From contig NW_020847472.1 of NCBI RefSeq assembly GCF_003704095.1, positions 496,001-560,000 of the forward strand: 64,000 nucleotides of DNA, written 5' to 3'. Positions 39,191 to 50,900 of this stretch are shown piece by piece. Position numbers and translations under genes: made by a program. The stretch is from Pocillopora damicornis (Eukaryota). The notes beneath the pieces are model-generated. The model did no database searches. It was not told where the DNA came from and saw nothing but the letters and a program-made list of their open reading frames with translations. Positions within the stretch are counted from its first letter, which is position 1. Each line of letters begins with the position of its first letter.

Positions 39191-42150
39191 GAACTTTGCA
39201 AGCACCAATTGCAGTGCAGTGAATTGTGTGAACCTGCTTAATGATGGAGAAGTGCTTCTCCTTAGGTAGTGATAGTCAGAATGTAGTTGGCTAGTCAGAA
39301 TGCAGTTGGCTATGCCAAGGTCATAATAATTAGAGGAAGTACTGTTGATGTTCTGGGAGGTTTTGCTGGCCAGAAAATGTCAGCTTTTCCCCAGATTAAA
39401 TTGTAGTCCCCAGATGAAGCTTTCTAGCTATTCTTAAACTGATAGTAATGAATATTTAAACTTTAAATGACCTGATATAATATAACTTTTTGTAATCCAC
39501 CTTAGACTGCAAATTGTTGAACCACTAGAGATTGCTGAGACTGTCTGGGATAGCATGTTTTCATGACTGACTCATCCCAGTAGTCTCTCAACCCTTTACA
39601 CCCTAACATCAGTATGCATATTCTCCATACTGTTCTCTATACAGTTCCTAAGGTGCTGACAAGGAGAATTAGTTTAACAATCAAGAGGCTCCATAGTTGG
39701 TGATCATTTCCTTTATTCTTGTTACCTTAATGTGTGATTCAAAGATGGCAGCAACTGTTTAAGTTTGATTTTTTTGCTTTTGAGATCCATGTTTATTTTA
39801 TCAGAGATGAGTTCACCCACCATCCCTGATGTGCAATTTTTGTGAACTCCCTTCTTTAATATTTAGAAATAGAGAGACACCTGTGGGTGAGTCAGCCCCT
39901 ATAACTAGAGCATTGAGAATCTTGGGTAGCTTGTAACAGGCATTCAGTTGGCAAGACAGAGCTAAATTATAAACAGCAGGATTGTTGCAGCAGAGTGAAC
40001 ATAACAGAGGTTTGGGTTGGGTCATGCACCCCCTCCAGCATTTTTTTTTCACTCCTCTGTTACTATCACACCATTTACTATATTTGTGCTTGATTTGGCT
40101 AATTGAACACTACTTGAACTATTACTTGAATGGAAAATTTCTCCTGATGGAATCTTTTAAGTGGCTGATGGTTGATGATAATGGTTTTTGAGGTTAGATA
40201 GGAATAAAAATTAAGGTCTGAAAAATTTTAGTACTTTTCCCTTTAGTTAGTGGGAGTGACCATAAACCCTCAGTAGAAAAACTTAATAGTATCACTGGCA
40301 AAATCTAAAGTGTAAGAATTATTGAATTTTATTTAAATTTTAATATTGTTGTTCTTGTCATTATCACAAATACCACTAGTGACTTACAATAATGAGCTTG
40401 AAGCTGATGGAAATTGCTCTCATTTGTTGTCAAACGAGCTAATTGTAGCTATAGGTAATTGAAGACTTCTGTTTAGTTAGTGATTTTTAACCCTTTAACT
40501 CTCAGAAGTGATTAACATCTTACTTCTCCCTTTAATATCCATACATTATCCTGCAAATAGGTTATGAGAATACTCAAAAATACTTGGCAGGTAGAAATTG
40601 TTACCTTGATCTAACATCAAATTCTCGTAATTAATTTACAAGGAAATATGTAGTGGCTAGAGGGGAGAATTAAAAATCAGATCTTGGAAGTTTAAGGGTT
40701 AATCAGAATGATCCTACACAAGATGTTTAAAAAGACAATCTTTAAAAGCTAGTGACACAGATTCGCCAGCCATTTTGATAAGATTGGTGATATGAAGAGC
40801 AAATAAGATGAGTTTAAATCAAAACTTCCTGGAACTGATACTAAACAAAACAGGATGGAAGACATTCTCTTTGAAAAATACACATTTTAATTAGACTTGT
40901 ATAGTTGTAGAGTTTTAAAGGTACTTTTAGGAACTAATTTTAGGTTCACTATTTTATAATAATAGTAGTTATTATAGTATATTAATCAAACACTCTATTT
41001 TACTAGGCAAGCCCAGATTTACACTCATTAATTTTCATTTAGGCCCTAAAATGCAAACAAAGTGGCAGTAAAAGTAGTAAACGTAGATCAACTTAGTGTT
41101 TAAAAACCCCAACTGACAGGAGGCAGATCATTTGGCTGTATTTAAAGCACAGCTAAGGAGTTGAATGTAAGGACAATGGGAACAAATCAAGGAAGTAGCA
41201 GTGTAGAGGGCTTGAACCCAGAAACACTAGATTCTGGCTGGGTTGGCAAAGCTAGGTTTACATAACCCAGGGCTAGTTTGAAGTCTGATTTCAGATCTGA
41301 AAAGTTTAAAAGAAAGTTTAGTATAATTCTTTTGGTCTACAATTTGATGATTGGATGCTCTTCAAATAATAGAAACAATTATCCCAAAATGGCTTTCGAA
41401 CAAAGGAATAGAGAAACCAAGATTAAAATTTAACCTTAAGGTGGGTTCAGAACACTAACCACTTAGCAACACTGTCTTACCATTATTTGGTACTATCCAG
41501 CTATATGTAGAATTTTATGGAATTTTTTCTTTCTTATTTTGAGGATATTAATTTTGTTCTAAAGTTCAGTGGACAAACTCTTCTTAATTCAGAAAATCAG
41601 GGAGTTACCAGCAAGGATTTACACTGTTGTGTATTGAGTTGTCTATAACAATGAGTAACAGTTACAGATATTAACCATAGGTAATTAAGCCATTTTTACA
41701 TTGAATTGAAAAAATTATTAAAATATTCTTTGCAAAAGCACTTGGAATTGTTTTATTTGGGTACTTCGGTACTCCTATTATCATTTTCCAAAGATATTAA
41801 CCATGGTCAAAATTATCACACTCAAACTGCTCAAATCTGTTGTTATTTATTTTCTTACATTAACATACCAACCACTTCACATCTTAAAATGTCAAACGTT
41901 CAGTTTTAGCTTCAGTTACACTGGCCTTTAGATGGGGTCTCAATAACTTTTCCCATGAGCGGCTGTTGATGATGTAAGGGTGGCTTTACAGTAAGGCAAA
42001 CCCTAAACACAGAGCCTGCTGGCAGGCTAAACAAACAGTGCTAAGAGGTCTTACAGGTGGCAGTAGGCTGCCATTGACTGGCTTTTATAGAAACTAATGT
42101 TTAAGAAGGTTACTGTTTTCTAGTCAATGCAAACCAGTGAAATAACATTA

Positions 42151-43591
42151 TTATTCTCCCTTCTGAGTCAAATTTTCACTCAGTTCCCAAAGTTTCCTTG
42201 CCACTCCATCATCCCTGGTATTAGGAGGGAATTCTTTCACATCACAGTCAGCAAAGATTGCTCCAGAAACTTGTTTTAACTTTTCCTCAGTTGCACAGTA
42301 AACAATTGTCTGAGCTCCTTCCCACGGTCTCTTCGTCACTACTGTTGCAATTGGGTACAGGAACAATTTTTTCAGCAAACTTAGTTTTGAGTTGCGATGA
42401 AGTTCTGTCCAACATAACCCAGGACACAGTGAATTGACAGTCACACCTGGAAATTGAAGATGGGAATCATTTTGAAGACAGGAAACACAGAAGTATGGGT
42501 CTATTTTATGTGCTTGTCTTTAAAATAATATCTCTTATAATCCATCAGATAATTTTGGTCATACACAATTGGTCTAAACACTCCTACATTAACTTCCATT
42601 TGAGACAAAGATATGCATGTTTATTTGTCCTTGAACATTACCTGTTCTTTGGAAATCTCAGTTTTCCTTAAGCTCTGCTTCTGAAAACTGTTTACTCCTC
42701 AGAAAAAATAATGTCTGTGGAGAAATATCCAAGCATATTTTAGGCCCAAATGGAGGGTATTGTTTACGTAACTGATTTTTTTTTTCTACTTTCTTATCAT
42801 CCTTTCTGCTTGAAAATGTCGTAATAATCCAAATAGAAAGTTCTTTTTGGTTACTCCTAGTAATAAAAGGGTTGGAAGGCACAAACAAATGATCACACCT
42901 TACCATCAGGAAGCCTTTTGTTTAACTCGTGAGCAAAAAGCATGTTTGCCAGTTTACTTTGAGCATAGGGACCTTTCATGCGGTATCCTCTTCCAGGTTT
43001 TTCGTGACCTTTCTCTCCATGAATATTGTCAAAATCTATAGAAGCCCTTTTAGCCAAGCTTGATGACACAACGACAATCCTGCTTGGAGATGATTTCTCG
43101 AGCAGATCTAATAACAAATTTGTCAACAAAAAATGCCCAAGGTGGTTTACACCAAAATGCATCTCAAAACCATCTTGGGTTTTAGGCACAGGAGGGTCCA
43201 TGTAGACTCCAGCGTTGTTTATCAGGACATCCAGCCTCACTTCCTCCTTTAAAATTTCGCTTGCAAATGTACGGACTGACTCCAGAGACGACAGATCAAG
43301 ACTCTTCACGACAACTGTTGCATCTCTGACCTTTGCACGGATTTCGTCGGCAGCTTTTTGTCCTTTTTCAAGACTCCTGCAAGCGAGGATAACCCTTGCT
43401 TCACGTCGAGCGAGCTCAAGGGCAGTTTCTTTACCGAGTCCTGTATTCGCCCCAGTGATGATCACAGTCTTCCCTTTCATCGAGACAGTATTCGTGCATA
43501 CTCCTCCAGCAAAATAACAACGCAAACGATAATATACAAAGGCAAGACCAGCGGTCAAAGCTGATATGACTATCACCGTGTCATTCACCAT
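42151..43591 (-). CDS. Retinol dehydrogenase 11-14-like short-chain dehydrogenase/reductase; exons 43591-42904 and 42446-42151
   Basis: N-terminal TM anchor, TGANTGLG, NNAG, FGVNHLGHFLLT, catalytic YAQSK, and C-terminal DDGVARKLWELSE. Confidence 0.93.
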
Positions 43592-43643
43592 TTTGTAAAA
43601 CCTTCCTAAAAAACCTTGTTACCAGTCTGCCGCGTATTTCAAG

Positions 43644-44264
43644 ATGGCGGGTTGTGGACACCAGCACCATGACCACGAACATGACGTTTCTGAAGAAGAA
43701 AGAGGGGCTCAGTTTCATCTTTTTCTAAAGATCGACCTCTTAAAGCTTCAATGCTTGAACGAAGCTGAGGAAGAATCGGCCAAAAACGTTTTCAAACCCT
43801 GGGATGAACGCTTGGATACGAAAAAATTTGTCGAAAGTGATGTCGACGAAGAACTGTTATTTAACATTCCTTTCGTTGGACAGGTCAAATTAAAAGGTGT
43901 TGTCGTGATTGGCGGAGAAAATGGTGAGCATCCCTCTGAAATGAAACTGTACAAGAATCGCCCTTCCATGACTTTTGATGATACAAATGCGGAGCCTGAT
44001 CAGACGTTTGAAATGAGTGAGGACCACGATGGAAGTTTAGAATACACGCCTAAAGTCGCACGTTTTTCTAATGTGGAGCATCTTTCAATTTACTTTCCGC
44101 GTAACTTTGGAGCTGAAACTAGTAAAGTGTATTTTATAGGATTGAAGGGGGACTTTCAAGAGGCCCATCGCCACGGCGTGACAATTTGTACCTACGAAGC
44201 AAAACCGAACATATCTGATCACAAAACAGGCGCCTTTAACAGCGTAAATCATACGATTAGCTAG
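43644..44264 (+). CDS. PITHD1: PITH domain-containing protein 1, single-exon CDS
   Basis: His-rich N-terminus, CLNE, FKPWDER, ESDVDEELLFNIPFVGQVKLKG, NFGAETSKVYFIGLKGDF, and TYEAKPNISDHK. Confidence 0.93.
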   Translation: MAGCGHQHHDHEHDVSEEERGAQFHLFLKIDLLKLQCLNEAEEESAKNVFKPWDERLDTKKFVESDVDEELLFNIPFVGQVKLKGVVVIGGENGEHPSEMKLYKNRPSMTFDDTNAEPDQTFEMSEDHDGSLEYTPKVARFSNVEHLSIYFPRNFGAETSKVYFIGLKGDFQEAHRHGVTICTYEAKPNISDHKTGAFNSVNHTIS

Positions 44265-44908
44265 AGAGAAAGAAAGGGTTTCAATTATTGAGTGAAAAAT
44301 TGAATGCGCTGTTGAGAGCTTGTTGCAGTGGAAAGTAACATTTTTTGTAAAGTTCAACTTAGAGAAAGAGTGTTTCAAATAGTTTCATTTTTCATCAATT
44401 TGTCAGTTACAGCTGTTGAACCATTATTAATTTTGGTTTAATTAGGAGCAATAAACGAGGTGTTCCATTTGAGTATGGAAGCTTATTTTTAAGGGGGCAC
44501 AGGGAAGAATCGTTTTCTTTTTGAGGATGGAGGGGGGAGAATGGGGAAAAGAAGGTAATACTCTCCCTTCCCAGCCCTCCCATCTCTCGCACACGTTTGA
44601 CTCATATCTCTCTTTCCACGTTATAAAACACTGCAAATCAATGATCGACAAAGGTTTGTATTGCAGTGTGTCTTTCCAGCTTCCCACCCTTACATTAGTC
44701 CTCCCCTTTCATGGTTCATGTACCCTTTCCACTCCCTATTCTCTAGGACTCCTTCCCTTACTATGATGCTCTTGCTTTCTGATTTTCTTCGTTTCTAATC
44801 GCTTTTACGTGTTGCAGACCTAACATATGGGAGTCGGGGGTATCTGATGCATCCGGGAAACCTCTTACACTTTTCGCGCGAATTTCGAGTCGACTGAACA
44901 CAAACAAT

Positions 44909-47900
44909 ATGGCGGCCCACTGCAGCCAAGATGAACAAAAACAGGTGAGTTTTGTTTAGGTTACTTGCCCTTTGTTTTCATAAATAACAGGACGAATGAA
45001 AAGGAAAGGGATTTTTTTATTTTTAATTCGTTCAAATGTACGTGATAACGAGAGTTTTGTACGTGTTTTCGTCTATTATGTGAGGAGAAGGAGAGCTCGA
45101 ATTTAAATTCTCCATGATGAGCTGTGAGATTTGAAATAAAGGTGCGATCTCCGATCACATATTTGCTAACCACCCATATATATTAAATAGAGTCATTTGC
45201 ATCTTTTTCATGTGTATAGATTATGAGGCAGCGGCTGTTAGAACTTGAAAGAAAACATGCGAAAGCCTTGAGAAAACTTAAGGTAATTTACAGGAATTTT
45301 TTCCTAATGATTCTGCACCGGTGTTGAATTTATACAAAGCAATTCACTTTAAAAGGAGACGGTCTTTTCACTCTGACCAGTATTTATTACTTCTTTTATA
45401 GAGAGCTGAGATTACAAAGCAAAGGCGGCAAACCTTTGGTGGTTTCACAGTCCAAGAGGAGACCACATACGGTGATGCTCAAAACAGATCCAGTATTTCA
45501 CTTTCTCGTGAATCATTTTCTCCCGGAGACGCAAATTCAAGTTCCCTTTCAGCTCACAAGAAAGGAGTCTGTAAAACTGTGACATTTGAGGATGTTGTAG
45601 AGACTCATCAGCAACCACTTTGTGAGAGGAAATCAGAAAATAAAAATGGGATAGATGTGGCTTTCAGTGGAACGTCCAAACAAAGATCTGCCCTTGTGGA
45701 ATCGTGCAAACAAAATGAGAATGCCAGTAAAATAGCACAGATTTGTATTGGGAGCAACAATATTCATGGTTTTGAAACAGACAATGTGTGGGTCAAATCA
45801 TGCAGTGATGATATTACATTATGTGACAATGCAGTGCTTCCTGAAAACAGTACAGTTATATCAGAGCACAAGGATTTTTCCAAGAGTGAGGTTGACCAAG
45901 GCCAAACTTTAAGAAATGCTGCTTGTTCTTGTGGAAATGAGGATGTACAAATTCCTTCAAGGAACAATGAAAACAGTGAATCAGCAAATGAAATTTATTT
46001 TGATAATTGTGGAAAAGAAATGACTGCAACCTCTGAAGTAGTTGAACCTCTAAGTATAGGAACTGTATCAGTTTTTAATCCAGATGCCCTTAACAATGAA
46101 GGCATACAGGAATGTTTGGCAAAAGGTGAAGCTTCTGAAAAAGCAGCTGAGGCACCTGAAAAGAAAAATGGTATTAGCTGCCCCTCTGTTCATGAAAATG
46201 GAAGTTTATCTTTAGAAAGCAGGCATTGGATGCATCTATTTGAAGAAGAGTTTCCAAGGAGATCTCCAAGACTACAGTCCACACCCAGCTTTGGAAAGCA
46301 ATCACTTGTTTCCAAGGATTGTTATTCTACACAATCAAAGAAAACAAAATCATACAGATCAAAACAATCTAGACCGAAAAAAGGAATCAATTCACAAAGC
46401 AAAAGTAAAACCATGAAATGCAGTGCAGAACAATCATCAGTAACTTTGAAAGACAATTCACATGAACAAAGTTTGTCCAAGGGTTTTGTGTTCCCAAGAC
46501 CCTCCTCAGATGAGGCAAAACCTGGTGGTCCTCTGGGTATCATTGTAGACTTTTCTTTGCCTGATAAAGAGTTTGCAAAGTTGAAACTTGCAAAAATCAA
46601 AGCTGCTTTGCCAGCTGAGAGGATCAGTAGAGAACTAAATAACAAAAGTACAGTAAAGGTGAAAGAACATGACACTATGCCAAAGAGAAAGAAGGCTTTA
46701 CAGGAGTTGAGTGGTGGTGAAATCAAAGAGGACTGTTATCACAATTTTATTAATTCATCAATAGTATCTTCAATGCAATTTGATAGCACAAGTAAACCTG
46801 ATGAATTGGAAAGTGTCTCTATTACAGACACCTCAGACAGAAAGAGTATCAATCAAGCGCCACAATTCATTTCCACATCTGGAAACTTAGAGAGTCAAAA
46901 AAATTCAGAGCATTGTGTAAATCAGTTCTCATCAAGTCCAAAACACCAATATGATCTTCAGTTGAAACATGAGCAAATGAATAATAGTGAAGTAGACTTC
47001 TCTCCAAGGGAAACATTGCAAGAAAATCCTATAATAGGTGTAAAGCCTTGTTTACCTTATCAGGTAGATGAAAAGTCAGTCAGTGAAGTAAACATTGGGG
47101 AAGAAACAAGCAGTATTACACACTCAACCTGTTATATTCCTCTTAAGGATAGTGTTGATGATAAAATTGATGTTGTAAGTGACAGCGGTGATGAAAACAA
47201 CAAAGAGATTATGGATACCTCAGACCTTGATGATGGAGCATTGGATAAAAATTTTCCACATCAGTGTGGTCATGAGGGACCAAAATTATGTAAAGAAATT
47301 TCCAGTGATAGGCAGCCTAAATTTACTTCCAATTCTCCTGAAAAAGATGGTGTGAAGGAAACTAAAGCTAGAAAAGTTTCATGTGAAGCTGATTCAGTCA
47401 TTTACAGAAGTCAACCAAGTTTACTTCATTTAGAAGAACAAATATTAAGTCCATCGCGTCCTGAACCTAGCGTTGGTGAACAAGCTACTCCTCATGGAAA
47501 AATGACTGAGCCTTTAGAGAGCTCACAGTCATCCTGTTTAAGATCACCAGAGGATCAATCAGAACTGACTCCCATGCTGATGATGGCCTGCTTACAGGTA
47601 CATATTGCTTCTAATTCCTTAACTTCCATAGTCTGGTCATTAATTCTCTTTAATAGCTTCTATACTCTTCCTAGTTAGTTAGTAAGGAGAACTTGACAAC
47701 ATCTTCTACCTGATAAATTTGTCCATTCTCATCACCTTTTGTAGGGTTACTGATGACTTATGGTGACTTTGAAACTTAGCAGGTTGAGAGACTATTCTAA
47801 TGTAATGGTTGATCTTTGCTTTCCTTATGAAGCAAAGGAAAAGTCTGCACTCAAGCCTTGTGACCCATCCATCAGGAGTTGTTTTTGAGTTTCTGTAGCA

Positions 47901-50900
47901 TAAGCAACTAGGAGTATGACCACTCCCCCCTAGATAGGATGCCAATCCATAGCAAGGTTATCCCCTAGCATTTTAGTAGGCTTCCCTGCCTTTTTGCTGG
48001 TACCAATTTATACTCCTTGGTGGAGAGATAGGCACAATGAAAGTAAAGTGTTTTGCCTAGGAACAGAGTGCAATGACCTGGCAGGTGTCACACCTGAACC
48101 TCTTCACCCTGAGTCCAGAGAACTGACTGTAAGACCACTGCATCTACCACATCCTTATAAAATTGCTAGGATAGCCTTATTTTGTTATTATTAGAAGTGA
48201 AATAAACTATAAAAACAGTGTGGTTACTATCATATTTTAATTATTATTAGCACTAAGTTATGTCATATCTGTTTTTGCATAGCATCATATGGAGGGTGAA
48301 TGCAATGTTGTCAGGTCTGTTTCTCTGTCATCATATGAGCCAGCAAGTGGGAAAGATGTAACAGTACCAAAGATGAAGAGAGATGTTCTGGCAGTTTGTT
48401 TGGCTCATTTAATCGTCATCTGGACAGTTGTACCTGAATTGCAATGGACTGTACTTTACAAATGGAGTCTTCCTTCAGTAAGAGATCATCACTAAATTTT
48501 GTTATAATATTTTGTTTGGCCCATCAGGTGTGATGGCAGAGAGAGTCAGGAGGTTCAATATTTTTTGTGCACAAATGCACTTTCAGCTCATTAAAAGTAC
48601 AAAAATGTGTGTGATAGACATATTTACCATGTGGTTTTATGGTGTGAATTTGCTATATCAGTTTCAATTTCCACATAGTGTTAAATTGTGTGTGAGCCTT
48701 GCCCCACTTTTGTTTCAAAAATAGTGGTTTTTGATGTGATGCTACAAATCTAATAGTAGAAAAAGAAATGTTAACTTTTGAATAAAGTTAAAATAATACA
48801 CTTGTTGGACTTGTGATTGACACTTGAAATAATCTTGCAGAATGGAGGGGAGGAGTTTGCGAGTGTTCAAGTTGTGCCAAGGAATTCTCATGTTGTCCTT
48901 TTGGTTGGAGGGAATTTCTGTGGTGGAAATGGGAGGTAAGGAAAGGAGTCATTGGAAAGAAGCTTTTAATGAGCTAATGATGACAATTTAAAACTGGGCT
49001 GTGTGAAAGAGCATGTGCTTCAGCTTACGTTAGGAATATGGGGGCTCCATATTCCTGCATAAACCGTTTGGGATACCTTTGGCAAAAGGTCATTATCCTT
49101 CAAGAATGGGCCCTGTTATAGCTACAACAGGGGATGAGACTCTTAAACTTTAGCTGTACCTACATGTGCCTATTTATGGGTCAAATTATGACATCACAAT
49201 GTAGTCCACCATAGATCCTGATGCAGTGCACATGGAAATTAGGATGTTTTATTGTTTATAGAGAAAAGAAGCACTTGTCAGAGAATATTTTACTGTTTAC
49301 TACTGTACTCTTTTTGGCACAGACATATTGACACATGGAACAATTCTATGTATTAAACATTATTTAATTATAATTTTATATGTCTTTATTTATTTGATAT
49401 GTCTTCTTTATTTAGATTTTATATTTATATAGATATATGCCTGTATGTAAAATGTTTCAGTATGTATATGTATATTGCATAGTATTAAATTTTTATATCT
49501 GGGGTATAGTTTACAATGAGGATTAAGTTCCTCCCTTCCATAACCCTTTTTTAATAATAATATGTTGTATGTTATTATTTAAATAAAGTTGTTATATATA
49601 TTCTGACTTTGGTCCGTTGCAGAATTCTCGGTTACTCAGATGATGGGGACTATTCTTTGGATTTGAAACATGATGACACTTTGTAAGTAATTTTAATTTG
49701 TATGGGCTTGTAGGAGATATGTGTATGAAAGTAGAGGAAAACACTGCAAGCAAAGAAAGCAGGCAGATTTTCAAAAAGGGGAGTGTTTTGACCTCTCTCC
49801 AAAAACTGATGGGAATGTTGATCCTCAGAAATTTAGAACGTAGTCTCCCAAAGGTGTCACTCTGCATTTCATGGATCTAAGTTTATTTTCATCTGTTAAA
49901 AATTACAATTGTAAGCAACAAGTAATAATTCTGTGAGGTGAGGCTTAAATTTCCTTTTTAACAGCTCTCAATACCGAAATGCGTTTGAAATTTCACCCCA
50001 ACTGCTAACAGTAATTACTACTGAATTAAATTTTGAGAGGAAGATATGCTTATTTTTAAAGTAAGAATTTAAAGCAGTAGCACTTTCTTACTTTAGGAGT
50101 AACAAGCACAAGTTTTCAACCATGTGCTTACTGTCTGATTCATGGGAAAAGGAGAATACCGAGGACATTGAGTTTGTTATCGCAAACAGGGAATCCTCTG
50201 AAGTAGCCTTGACAAAGTGGACGCTGGACAGTTTCTGCTTGTGAGTATTTAAACTATAAGAATTTTCACGACTGTGATAAATCTATTGAAAGACTGAAAG
50301 AACTTAAAATGATAAAAATGTAGAGCTCGAGTGTACAGTAGCCTAACAAACTGTTGTGGTCTGCCTGTGGTCTCCCCCTCCCATAAGCCCTAAGTAGCCT
50401 TCATTTGACTTGCTGGTTACACAAAATTTATAACACTCTTTTTTTTTTCTTTCGGAACGCGCAGAAACTTGTCTCTAATTTTGAAAATTGGAAGAAAGTT
50501 TCTGCGCGGTTCAAACAGTCCGTGACTCTGACAACGAGATTAGTCTGTTTAAAGGAACTTTTAGTGACAGAGTGCGCCCACAAGAGCACGCGCACCATGC
50601 GTTTATATGTCTATGACTCCACGACGGGGAGATGTTGATTTGGTAGACTTCGCCACTTTGCATCCCTTTGATGGACTCATCCTCCCCGTTTACAACCCGT
50701 GGAACATTTAAGCTTAGTGATGGGGTGTTTGAGACGTATTTACAACTAGAACTAGAACTTTCCGTCGTGAGTGAGAGCCGTCTACATTACTGCGTCACAG
50801 TGACTAAGATTGACGCCAGTTTGAGCGTGGCAGGTTCCTCTATATCGAACAGTTAAACTATTGTTAGGATGGCTAGCTAGTAGTGAATAGCTCGGTTTTT

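Noticed and set aside
49714-49839. Open, phase-compatible 126-nt candidate extra PALB2 exon
   Set aside because: It would need a 31-nt intron after 49682 and has a weak donor. The gene splices in frame without it.
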